Below, one piece after another: positions 25,232 through 33,820 of a stretch of 35,907 nt of DNA. The DNA comes from Planctomycetota bacterium (GTDB lineage: Bacteria > Planctomycetota > UBA1135), in NCBI GenBank assembly GCA_045047305.1, contig JASFYO010000031.1, positions 1 through 35,907 on the forward strand, given 5' to 3'. The position numbers and the translations under genes are program-made. Position 1 is the first letter of the stretch. Every line of letters begins with the position of its first letter. The notes beneath the pieces were generated by a model that did not search any database, was not told the origin of the DNA, and was given only the letters and a program-made list of their open reading frames with translations.

Positions 25232-26616
25232 ATCGTGCGTGAATAGCGACCTTTCTTCAGCTCTTGCTCAAGGTAGCGATCAAACAGCATGCACACGTTG
25301 CGCAAGAAATGACGACCGAGATCGGTAACGCGAAGTTCGTTGGATCCACGCACGACCAGACCATCTTTCTCGAATTCTGCGAGAGAATCCCAGGCATCAG
25401 CAAAGTGCTGTTGGAATGGTAAACTTAGCATGGACTCAACCTCGGAAAAGCGAATGCGTTGATTACACATCAGGTGTTCAATCACAACTTTCCTTACTTG
25501 GTCATCGACATCCAGTGCATGCCCCTTTGCGACGGCACTATGCCCACTATCCACGCACTCATTCCAACGATTTAGCTTGGAGTGATTCTGCATGAATGCA
25601 TGCCCGACTTCGCTGATTGCGGACATGCCGAAACCCACGTAATCCGATGCCGGCTTCACGGTGTATCCCATAAAGTTGCGATACAAGCGATGTTCTTCCA
25701 CTGCGACAGCCATTTCGTCTTGTGGTAGAGCAAAGTGATCAAAACCGATTTCACGGTAGCCCCCTTCCTCCTGCAAACGACGCGCAGCAGTACGTAAAAG
25801 TTCCATCTTCAAATCCGATGCTGGCATTTGATCTTCTGGCATCCGGCCCTGGTGTGGATGCAGCCATGGCACATGCGCATAAGAATAAATCGCCAAGCGA
25901 TCTGGACGCAAGCGCAACACCTCATCCAAAGTGTAATTCCAGGTCGCCAAGTTCTGTCCCGGCAAACCGTAAATCAGATCGAAGTTGACGCTATGGAAAC
26001 CAAGCTCCCGCGCCTTCAACAAGACATGCTCGGTCTGCTCCACCGTTTGGTGGCGATTGATTAAATCTTGCACGCCGGCATCTAAATCCTGCACACCTAG
26101 ACTCATGCGACGGAACCCAAGACGAGCCAAAGTCTCTAATTGCTCATCGGTTGTTACGGGCGGGTGCACCTCAATTGAGAGTTCCGCTTGAGGGAGGATA
26201 TCGAAGAGCTCGTTTAGCTTGGACCACACTCGCTCTAGCTCTGCCGGCGGCAAATGAGTTGGCGTTCCTCCACCCCAGTGAATGCCGCTGATCTTACGGC
26301 GATCAGGAAGATGCGTTGCTACATCTTCCATTTCCCTTTCGAGGCGTTCCAAGTATGACTGCAATACATCATCACGGCTAGAAATGACCACGTTACAGGC
26401 ACAAAACAAACAGCGTTTTGCGCAGAAAGGTAGGTGCACATAAAGTGCAAGTGGGTCCTCAGACTTTCGATTCGCTTGTTTCAGCGCCGCGTGCCAAGCC
26501 GCTTCATCGAAAGACTCGGTCCAAACCGGCGCGGTTGGGTACGAGGTGTAACGTGGCCCAGCACAGTCGTACTTTTCGACCAGTGCTTGCGGAAGATCAG
26601 CTTGGTTGTTTGACAT
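25228..26616 (-). CDS. hemN: Oxygen-independent coproporphyrinogen III oxidase (radical SAM)
   Basis: GPRYTSYPTA N-terminal motif, HLPFC...CLFCAC, GGGTPT, DLIYGLPGQ and RNFMGY. Confidence 0.93.
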   Translation of the reverse strand: MSNNQADLPQALVEKYDCAGPRYTSYPTAPVWTESFDEAAWHAALKQANRKSEDPLALYVHLPFCAKRCLFCACNVVISSRDDVLQSYLERLEREMEDVATHLPDRRKISGIHWGGGTPTHLPPAELERVWSKLNELFDILPQAELSIEVHPPVTTDEQLETLARLGFRRMSLGVQDLDAGVQDLINRHQTVEQTEHVLLKARELGFHSVNFDLIYGLPGQNLATWNYTLDEVLRLRPDRLAIYSYAHVPWLHPHQGRMPEDQMPASDLKMELLRTAARRLQEEGGYREIGFDHFALPQDEMAVAVEEHRLYRNFMGYTVKPASDYVGFGMSAISEVGHAFMQNHSKLNRWNECVDSGHSAVAKGHALDVDDQVRKVVIEHLMCNQRIRFSEVESMLSLPFQQHFADAWDSLAEFEKDGLVVRGSNELRVTDLGRHFLRNVCMLFDRYLEQELKKGRYSRTI

Positions 26617-27619
26617 GACTGTGCACCGCATCTTTCAATGCCTGGAGGCTTTCAAGAGAAGTTTGTGGCAGGAGGCCGTGGCCTAAGTTGAATACGTGCC
26701 CCGGCCGACCCGCATTTGCTTCAAGGATTGCGTTGGTGGCTTCGGTGATTTGATTTACATCGCCAAGCAGTACGCCGGGGTCGAGATTCCCTTGCACTGG
26801 CATCTCGCCGAGCATGTCGCGCGTTTTAGAGAAGGGCATGCGCCAATCTAGGCTTAGGGCGTCGGCTCCAGATTCAGCCATCGCTTCCACAAGATGCGCA
26901 CCATCCTTGATCAAGTAAAGCAAAGGCACCTTCCCCTTAAGCGCCTTAAAAATGCGCTGCACTGCAGGCAGTGCACAACGACGGTAAGTGCGCTCGTCCA
27001 GTAGGCCAGCCCAGGTATCAAACAGCTGCACCGCCTCGGCGCCAGCCTCGATTTGCATCTCCAAGTATGCAATGGTCATGTCCGCGAGCCGCGCAAGTAA
27101 ATCGCTAAAGAAGGTGCCGTCGGAGTACACCGCTGCTCGTAAACGTGCGTGCTCTCGACTACCGCCACCATCCAATAGGTAGGAAGCCATGGTAAACGGA
27201 GCCCCGGCAAAGCCGAGCATGGTGCAACTTGGATCCAGCTTTGCCTTCACTATGTGAATGGCTTCGGCAACGTGGCTTAACTCTCCACCCTCGACCGGCT
27301 TCACCCGGTGCAGATCTTCGGCGCCCTGCAATGGACGCTCAAAGATTGGGCCTGGGCGAAAATCGATACCAAAATCTAAAGGCATCAACGGAGTAAGGAT
27401 GTCAGCAAACAAAATTGCTCCATCCCAACCGAAGCGCTCGATGGGCTGCAGGGTAACTTGTGCCGCAAGTTCCGGAGTGCTCGCCATTTTGACGAATCCA
27501 TGCTTTTCCTTGAGCGCACGATATTCCGGAAGCACACGCCCAGCTTGGCGCATCAGCCAAATCGGGGTACGCTCGACACTTTCGCCACGCAAGGCACGTA
27601 AGAGTAGTTTTTGACTCAA
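26597..27619 (-). CDS. hemE: Uroporphyrinogen decarboxylase
   Basis: PIWLMRQAGR.LPEY, FADIL, GFAGAPFT, QLFDTWAG, QGNLDP and FNLGHG; TTG start overlapping the hemL stop. Confidence 0.96.
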   Translation of the reverse strand: MSQKLLLRALRGESVERTPIWLMRQAGRVLPEYRALKEKHGFVKMASTPELAAQVTLQPIERFGWDGAILFADILTPLMPLDFGIDFRPGPIFERPLQGAEDLHRVKPVEGGELSHVAEAIHIVKAKLDPSCTMLGFAGAPFTMASYLLDGGGSREHARLRAAVYSDGTFFSDLLARLADMTIAYLEMQIEAGAEAVQLFDTWAGLLDERTYRRCALPAVQRIFKALKGKVPLLYLIKDGAHLVEAMAESGADALSLDWRMPFSKTRDMLGEMPVQGNLDPGVLLGDVNQITEATNAILEANAGRPGHVFNLGHGLLPQTSLESLQALKDAVHSHVKQPS

Positions 27620-28926
27620 CGACTTTCCTCAAGGGATGCGGAAAAGGCTTCCGCGGCCAACTCCAAATCGGAGTGGTTCATGGCTAGATTTAAAAATCCC
27701 ACTTCAAAGGCAGATGGAGCAATCATCACACTACGTTTTAGAAGCGCGTGGAAAAAACGGGCGTATCGCTCTCCTCCATCTTGAGGAATAGCAGAAAAAC
27801 TGCGTGGCGCTTCCTGGCTCCCGAAGCACAGCCAAAACAATGACCCTTCACGCACGAGACACAATGGCGCGCCGGCATCGTTTTCCCGTGCGATCATCGG
27901 CGCGAGCAAAGCCTCCCAAGTTTGCCCAAGTGCTTCCAAACGCTCCCAGGCATTCTCAGCTTGCAGCGTATCTAAAGCTGCAAGGCCAGCAGCCATGCCA
28001 AGTGGATTCCCGCTCAAGGTTCCGGCCTGGTAAACACCACCATCTGGGCTAATGAGATTCATCAGCTCCACCGACCCACCATAAGCTCCAACTGGCAAGC
28101 CACCGCCAATCACCTTGCCGTAGGTGACGAGATCAGCATCGATATTGGCCATGGCACAAAAACCACCAGGGTCCACGCGGAACCCCGTGATGACTTCGTC
28201 GACAATCAACAGCGTTCCATGCCGACGAGTTAATGCGCGCAGCTCCGACCACCATTCCTTGCGTTGCGGCAATAGACCACAGTTGGCAGGAATGCCTTCC
28301 ACAAACACAGCTGCTGCCTCATCGCCATTTTGCGCGAACCAAGTGCGCAGTGCATCTTCATCATCTAATGGAAGAACAGCGGTAAGCGAGGAACATGATT
28401 CCGGAACGCCTGCAGAGGAGCTTTCGCCGAAGGTAGCCAAGCCAGAACCGGCCTTGACCAAAAAGGAATCGGCGTGGCCGTGATAACAGCCGTCGAACTT
28501 GACAATGAGATCGCGTCCGGTGGCAGCGCGTGCCAAACGTAACGCCGACATGGTGGCTTCGGTACCCGAGTTCACAAACCGAATCTTCTCCGCTACCGGA
28601 GAGAGAGCACAAATGCGTTCCGCCAACTCGGTTTCAGCCAGACATGGAGCGCCGAAGCTGGTTCCGCGGGCAGCAGCTTCCTGCACCGCCTTTACCACAG
28701 ATGCCGGAGCATGCCCCAAAATCAAGGGTCCCCAAGAACCGACAAAGTCTAGGTATTCCTCGCCGTCGGCAGTGCGCACCCGGCAACCGTAAGCCGATTC
28801 GAGAAACAAAGGATGACCACCAACGGAACGATAGGCACGCACCGGTGAGCTCACTCCTCCAGGCATGACTGCAACCGCACGCTGAAAAAGTTCGGCGGAG
28901 GTTTGGGATGTATTTTTCGTTTTCAT
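27616..28926 (-). CDS. hemL: Glutamate-1-semialdehyde 2,1-aminomutase
   Basis: PGGVSSPVRA, SWGPLILGH, VNSGTEA, GCYHGHAD, GKVIGGGLP and YQAGTLSGNP motifs. Confidence 0.96.
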   Translation of the reverse strand: MKTKNTSQTSAELFQRAVAVMPGGVSSPVRAYRSVGGHPLFLESAYGCRVRTADGEEYLDFVGSWGPLILGHAPASVVKAVQEAAARGTSFGAPCLAETELAERICALSPVAEKIRFVNSGTEATMSALRLARAATGRDLIVKFDGCYHGHADSFLVKAGSGLATFGESSSAGVPESCSSLTAVLPLDDEDALRTWFAQNGDEAAAVFVEGIPANCGLLPQRKEWWSELRALTRRHGTLLIVDEVITGFRVDPGGFCAMANIDADLVTYGKVIGGGLPVGAYGGSVELMNLISPDGGVYQAGTLSGNPLGMAAGLAALDTLQAENAWERLEALGQTWEALLAPMIARENDAGAPLCLVREGSLFWLCFGSQEAPRSFSAIPQDGGERYARFFHALLKRSVMIAPSAFEVGFLNLAMNHSDLELAAEAFSASLEESR

Positions 28927-29915
28927 GACAACCATTTCTCTTGTGCAATCCGGCTTGCGTGGTAGGTCACGATTAAATCAGACCCAGCGCGACGCATGCT
29001 GCCTAGGACTTCTAACACCATGGAGCGCTCATCAGCCAACCCTGCTTTCACTGCAAGTTGGACCATGGCATATTCGCCACTCACGTTGTAAGCCACCACG
29101 GGGACATCGGAGTTCTCTGCAACCAGGCGCACAATATCTAGATAAGCCAAGGCTGGTTTCACCATGACCATGTCGGCGCCTTCCTCTAGATCGAGCTGGA
29201 CTTCGCGCATAGCTTCACGGGCATTGCGGAAATCCATCTGATAACTACGGCGATCACCGAAACCAGGGGAAGATCCAGCAGCTTCGCGAAAGGGCCCGTA
29301 AAAGCTGCTGGCGTACTTTGCGGAATAAGCAAGGATTCCGGTGTTCACGAATCCATGTTCATCAAGGCTGCGGCGAATCGCACCAACGCGTCCGTCCATC
29401 ATGTCGGAGGGGCATACAAAATCAGAACCGGCGGCGGCCAACACATTTGCCATTTTTGCCAAGGCATGCACGCTGCGGTCATTCACGACCTCGGTTTCTT
29501 CAACCAAACCACAGTGGCCATGGTCGGTGTAAGGGCAGAGACAGACATCGGTCATGACACAAAGGTCATCGCCAAAGTTTTGCTTGAGCAAGCGCACAGC
29601 TGCAGGGACTTCTCCCTGCGATTCGAAGGCGCCGGAAGCATCGTTATCCTTGTGTTCAGGGACTCCAAACAACATCACGGAACGCACACCATTCTTCCTA
29701 TCCTGATCAACCTGAGTCAACAGGCGGTCCGCACTGAAGCGAGAGATGCCGGGCAAACTCAACACCGGCTCTTCCCGCCCTTCCCCCGGAAGCACGAAGT
29801 GTCCTTGGACTAGACGTCGGAGCGGCAAGTCGCTTTCCGCGACCATCTCGCGAAGATTTGCGTTGCGGCGCAAACGACGTGGCCGGTGGAGCAGAGGTAG
29901 AGGCTGGTCAGACAT
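28923..29915 (-). CDS. hemB: Porphobilinogen synthase (Zn-binding type)
   Basis: RPRRLR, DVCLCPYTDHGHCG, PSDMMDGR, FYGPFR, MVKP and AYNVSGEY motifs. Confidence 0.97.
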   Translation of the reverse strand: MSDQPLPLLHRPRRLRRNANLREMVAESDLPLRRLVQGHFVLPGEGREEPVLSLPGISRFSADRLLTQVDQDRKNGVRSVMLFGVPEHKDNDASGAFESQGEVPAAVRLLKQNFGDDLCVMTDVCLCPYTDHGHCGLVEETEVVNDRSVHALAKMANVLAAAGSDFVCPSDMMDGRVGAIRRSLDEHGFVNTGILAYSAKYASSFYGPFREAAGSSPGFGDRRSYQMDFRNAREAMREVQLDLEEGADMVMVKPALAYLDIVRLVAENSDVPVVAYNVSGEYAMVQLAVKAGLADERSMVLEVLGSMRRAGSDLIVTYHASRIAQEKWLS

Positions 29916-30627
29916 GTTTCAGAAATGCGGTCAGGGACTCTGGGGTTGGTGCTTCGAGCCGCCCGAAAAGAGGGAAGTGCAAATCTCGGGCGCATTGTTC
30001 CGTGCTGCGGCCGAGCGCTAAAACCGGATGCGCACTTACCACATCCACGCGTGCTGCCAAACTTTTCACACTGCTTGGCGAGAACAACAACACGGGTTGC
30101 TTTGCAGTTGGAGCCGGGCCGGGCAAACTTTCATTTCGATATGCCGGCAGGCTTAACAAGGAGGCACCGTGCTGGTGCAGGGCTGCAGCAAGCTCTGGGC
30201 GTGGGCTTTCTGCACCGAGAAAGACCAGACGACCGGAAACGGGATGATGCAAATAAGTTTGTGCCAAGGATGCACCATCTCCTCCAGCGACAAGAACAGA
30301 GCTTGGCCGACCTTGCATACCTACGATGCCAGCGGTTAACAATGAGGCAGAACGCTTTCCCACGACAGCGTATTTGCAGTCAGGCAAACGTCCGACACTT
30401 TGGCAGAGTTCAAATAGGCGACGGACTCCATTTTTGCTGGTCAAAAACAAGCAATCCTCCACGCCCAACTGGTGCAATAATTCGGTTTGCTTGCAGTCCA
30501 ATCCCAAAGATTCTTGCTGCAACAGCGGCAGCGCCTGAGCGCGCCAACCTGATTCCTCCGCTGACCGCATCCAGTCCACGCATGCGCCCTCTGCGCGCCC
30601 TATCCATAGGATTGGCGCTGCGCCCAT
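29908..30627 (-). CDS. hemD: Uroporphyrinogen-III synthase (divergent)
   Basis: Lies between hemC and hemB with TGATG coupling; LTS.NGV, VG..SA, AY and FSPSSV motifs. Confidence 0.8.
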   Translation of the reverse strand: MGAAPILWIGRAEGACVDWMRSAEESGWRAQALPLLQQESLGLDCKQTELLHQLGVEDCLFLTSKNGVRRLFELCQSVGRLPDCKYAVVGKRSASLLTAGIVGMQGRPSSVLVAGGDGASLAQTYLHHPVSGRLVFLGAESPRPELAAALHQHGASLLSLPAYRNESLPGPAPTAKQPVLLFSPSSVKSLAARVDVVSAHPVLALGRSTEQCARDLHFPLFGRLEAPTPESLTAFLKHV

Positions 30628-31559
30628 CAACCTTCCTCGCGCTGGAGCAAAGCATCCAACGACGCCTTTACCATGCTTTCGGGTTGAACCCCGCGGACAT
30701 CGGCGCAACGCAGAGTCGGGAACTGCGGGAGTTTTTGTTCCTCTGCGCTAGGGCCTAATGCAGAGATTAAACGCATTCCCCCTTCTTCGGCAATCGCGGT
30801 GGCGCCGAGCGGCAAACCGCACCCACCACCAAGTGCGCGCAGAATGGAGCGTTCCAACTCCACACTTTTTGCGCTTGCTTCATCATGCAGGGCGGAAAGC
30901 AAATGCAGTGTAGCGGTGTCGTCGCTGCGACATTCCACCGCCAAAGCTCCCTGTCCAGGAGCGCCAGGCCAAATCCGTGGATCCAATTTCACAACTCGAA
31001 ACTCCGAGAGATCCAAATCCAAACGCTTTAGCCCTGCACCGGCTAAAAGGATGGCGTCGTACTCTCCGCTTGCCAACTTCTCCAACCGCGTGGGGACATT
31101 GCCACGCAACAAACAAGAAACTGATTCCGGTGCAAAGTGATTCAGGAATGCCCGGCGACGCGCAGCCGAAGTGCCAACGCGTGCGTTGGAAAACAGAGGT
31201 AAAAATCCGCTTGCGGCAGCGTGAAAAGCTTTGGGGCGCATAACTAACCAATCACGCGTTTCTTCACGCAGCGGAATCGCTGCCAAAGTCAAACCTGGGG
31301 TTTGCTCGGCAGGCAGGTCTTTTAGCGAATGAACAGCAAAATCGGCCGCGCCACCTAAAACAGCTTCCTGCACCTCCTTGGTGAACAAACCAATACTGCC
31401 TACATCCGCAAGCGAGACATCGGTCCGTTGATCGCCAACCGTGCGCACGATGTGTAACTCCGATTGCACGCCGTGGGCTTGCTCTAACTGATTGGCGACC
31501 CAGCCGGACTGTGTGGTGGCGAGATCACTGCCTCGCGTAGCTAGACGTAATGGATCCAT
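30627..31559 (-). CDS. hemC: Hydroxymethylbilane synthase (porphobilinogen deaminase)
   Basis: ATRGS.LA..Q, GLFTKE, AVHSLKDLP, GTS..RR, RGNV.TRL, PGQGAL and GGGC..P motifs. Confidence 0.96.
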   Translation of the reverse strand: MDPLRLATRGSDLATTQSGWVANQLEQAHGVQSELHIVRTVGDQRTDVSLADVGSIGLFTKEVQEAVLGGAADFAVHSLKDLPAEQTPGLTLAAIPLREETRDWLVMRPKAFHAAASGFLPLFSNARVGTSAARRRAFLNHFAPESVSCLLRGNVPTRLEKLASGEYDAILLAGAGLKRLDLDLSEFRVVKLDPRIWPGAPGQGALAVECRSDDTATLHLLSALHDEASAKSVELERSILRALGGGCGLPLGATAIAEEGGMRLISALGPSAEEQKLPQFPTLRCADVRGVQPESMVKASLDALLQREEG

Positions 31560-31569
31560 GGATTAATTT

Positions 31570-32883
31570 CTAAGATTCCTCAGGTGATGGAACATCCTTT
31601 TTCCCTTTCTCTTGCATGGCAGCCTTCCGCCCTTCAGCGCGTAGGCGTTCCAAAATCAAATCCCCCATGGGTAACTCGCGCAAGGTATTACGCAAAGCAA
31701 TCAAAGGAACCTGAACCGTCAAATCGGCTAAGCGCACGGCGAAGGCCTCGAACAGAGCCATATCCTCTGGGGACAAGTGCGCCAATTTGGTTTTTGCCCA
31801 GCGGCCAGCCTCCCCTCGCGCACGGGCTTCCACCGATTGGCGCATTTTTTCTGCTACCGGGTTGAGATGACGACGGAAAATCTTCTCGCGAAAATGCAAC
31901 CCACCTTCGCGTAAAAATGGGCGAATCTTACGCTGCAGAGTACGGCCTTCTTCTTGGTTGGTTTCTGCTTCAGCGCCCACTTCCAAGACATCGAGGCGAT
32001 GAAAGCCTGAAATCGCACCAATCGAAGACTGCGTATCAGCAGGAACGCCAAGATCCAACACCAGTCTCTCTTGAGATTGCTGGGGCAGAGATTGCAAGCA
32101 CTCCACGCTCACAATGGGTGCAAAGGATGCAGTGGCCGTAACTAAATGATCAAAGTCTTGCGGTGCGCTCTGAAATTCCTGCAAGGATTGGAAGCTGCCG
32201 CCGTGTTTGTCCGCCAAAGCCTCTGCCGACGCCAAGGTTCGATTCACAAAACATAGCGACACCGCTTTCCATCCAGCTAAACGCTGACCAAGCTCTTGCA
32301 CCATTTCACCACTCCCTACGAGAGTGATACGTGCGGGGTCACCATGCACCCGTTTTTTCAAAATCCCGGCGGCCACTTCAGCCACAGAAGTGGGTAGTTG
32401 GGCATAATCAACTTGCTTGCGAACGCGCCGCGAAAGCTTTACCGACTCCTCTCCCAACATGGAAAGCCAATGCTTGCATACACCCTGATCGCGAGCCTCC
32501 TGCAAAGCGCTGCGGAATTGGCCCACAATCTGGTCGTCGCCCAAAACCTTGGAATCCAATCCGCACAACATGGCGTTCAGGTGTCGGTGCGTTGCGTTGC
32601 CACTTAGGGCAAAACCAACCGAATCAATCAGGCCGGGGAGAGATTCTGCCGCCTTCTTTTCTCCAAACCATGCGCCAAATGCGCGCAAGACACGATCGGG
32701 AGCGCACATTTCATGGCTCACCCAATAAGTCTCAATGCGATTGCAGGTGCGCAGGTGGAGGATTTCGTCGACGCCCAGGGCCGCACGAAACTCCTCTAGG
32801 CTCTCCGGAGCCTCAGCAAACCACCCGAGCTCCTCCGATGAGGCCCGGTGGTGGGTTAAGCCGACAACTCCAAATCTTTCCAT
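31570..32883 (-). CDS. hemA: Glutamyl-tRNA reductase (divergent)
   Basis: Catalytic TCNR.E, GLDS.VLG..QI.GQ, G.GEM, NRT and DLGVP motifs; heads the hem operon. Confidence 0.88.
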   Translation of the reverse strand: MERFGVVGLTHHRASSEELGWFAEAPESLEEFRAALGVDEILHLRTCNRIETYWVSHEMCAPDRVLRAFGAWFGEKKAAESLPGLIDSVGFALSGNATHRHLNAMLCGLDSKVLGDDQIVGQFRSALQEARDQGVCKHWLSMLGEESVKLSRRVRKQVDYAQLPTSVAEVAAGILKKRVHGDPARITLVGSGEMVQELGQRLAGWKAVSLCFVNRTLASAEALADKHGGSFQSLQEFQSAPQDFDHLVTATASFAPIVSVECLQSLPQQSQERLVLDLGVPADTQSSIGAISGFHRLDVLEVGAEAETNQEEGRTLQRKIRPFLREGGLHFREKIFRRHLNPVAEKMRQSVEARARGEAGRWAKTKLAHLSPEDMALFEAFAVRLADLTVQVPLIALRNTLRELPMGDLILERLRAEGRKAAMQEKGKKDVPSPEES

Positions 32884-32972
32884 GATGTAGCCAGTTTGGG
32901 CGGCTAATCATACCTGTGCCAGAGTGTGCAGTTGCCAAAAAAAAGACTATGTTGTCTGACTCTATACGCCTG

Positions 32973-33006
32973 TAAAGACAGCGCCGCAATTTTCAGTACG
33001 GCGCTG
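32973..33006 (-). terminator. Probable intrinsic terminator of the spondin-domain gene
   Basis: Stem CAGCGCCG (32979-32986) / CGGCGCTG (32999-33006), followed by TCTTTA on the minus strand about 20 nt after the stop codon. The U-tract is weak. Confidence 0.55.
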
Positions 33007-33025
33007 CTGACAAACGCACTGCGCC

Positions 33026-33712
33026 CTACAGGCGACGCACCTCGATGCGCGCGGCAGAACTACCCCAATCCCATGCGGCAGGAGCCAGGGAGCTGCCACC
33101 GTGAATTCCACTCGATAAATGGATAAATCCTTCGGCCATGGCTGGATCGTGTGACCCGCCATTGCCGAATGGAGGCCCCGGAATGTACATGCCATCTTCC
33201 GAGTTTGCCTCGGTGCCAGAGTCAAAAACTGGCGCAAAGAAAACTGCCGAATCGACACCGTTACCCATGGTGACGCCATCGATTCCGAAGAATGCATCGT
33301 TGGTTGTGACCAACATGCCAGCCATGCTCAAATTTCTATGGAAGGCATCCATGGTTACGTTCATGGTCATCGAGCTTCCAGGGAGAATGTTACCGGGGTA
33401 AGTCACAACATCGAGCACTTCGATGTCGGCGCCCATGCTCATCGCAAGACTGCTGTTATCGCCATCTTCAGCTAGCGCTTGCAACTCCATGGACGCGGCC
33501 ATGCCCGGGGCGAACATGCGGGTTGCATCGGAGTGAGAAGTGACAATCGGCGCGGAGATGATTTGAGTCGCCGTAAGATTTGTAATGGTGACTTCGAAAA
33601 GTTGCGGGCCTGCAGCAGAAGGAGTATCTGCGTTCACTGCATCGGCGAAGAAGACAGAGCCGGCAATGGCGGCGGCAGCGCAGAGAGGAAGAGCTTTGGT
33701 GAGGTTATTCAT
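33026..33712 (-). CDS. Secreted spondin_N-like domain protein
   Basis: Signal peptide; FEVTITNLT..Q..S, LQALAEDGD, ILPG.S, MLV.TNDAF.G and DSGTEANSE motifs typical of bacterial spondin domains. Confidence 0.85.
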   Translation of the reverse strand: MNNLTKALPLCAAAAIAGSVFFADAVNADTPSAAGPQLFEVTITNLTATQIISAPIVTSHSDATRMFAPGMAASMELQALAEDGDNSSLAMSMGADIEVLDVVTYPGNILPGSSMTMNVTMDAFHRNLSMAGMLVTTNDAFFGIDGVTMGNGVDSAVFFAPVFDSGTEANSEDGMYIPGPPFGNGGSHDPAMAEGFIHLSSGIHGGSSLAPAAWDWGSSAARIEVRRL

Positions 33713-33756
33713 GTTGCACAAGGTGGGACGGGCGTTTTGCCTTCCCTGAAGGACAC

Positions 33757-33768
33757 ATGTTGCAACAT
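33757..33768. promoter_or_regulatory. Perfect 12-bp palindrome ATGTTGCAACAT upstream of the spondin gene
   Basis: Read directly from the sequence; function inferred only from position. Confidence 0.4.
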
Positions 33769-33773
33769 CTAAA

Positions 33774-33810
33774 TCACGCCAAAGTCATCCGTTTCTAACG
33801 TTTCCATCAC
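33774..33810 (-). promoter_or_regulatory. Putative OmpR/PhoB-type tandem binding boxes (four half-sites at 11-bp period)
   Basis: TCAC at 33774, TCAT at 33785, TAAC at 33796 and TCAC at 33807, adjacent to an OmpR-family regulator locus. Confidence 0.6.
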
Positions 33811-33820
33811 AACGACAACA

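Noticed and set aside
29925..30758. 277-aa plus-strand ORF
   Set aside because: Antisense shadow of hemD/hemC, Arg-rich, with no recognisable domain.
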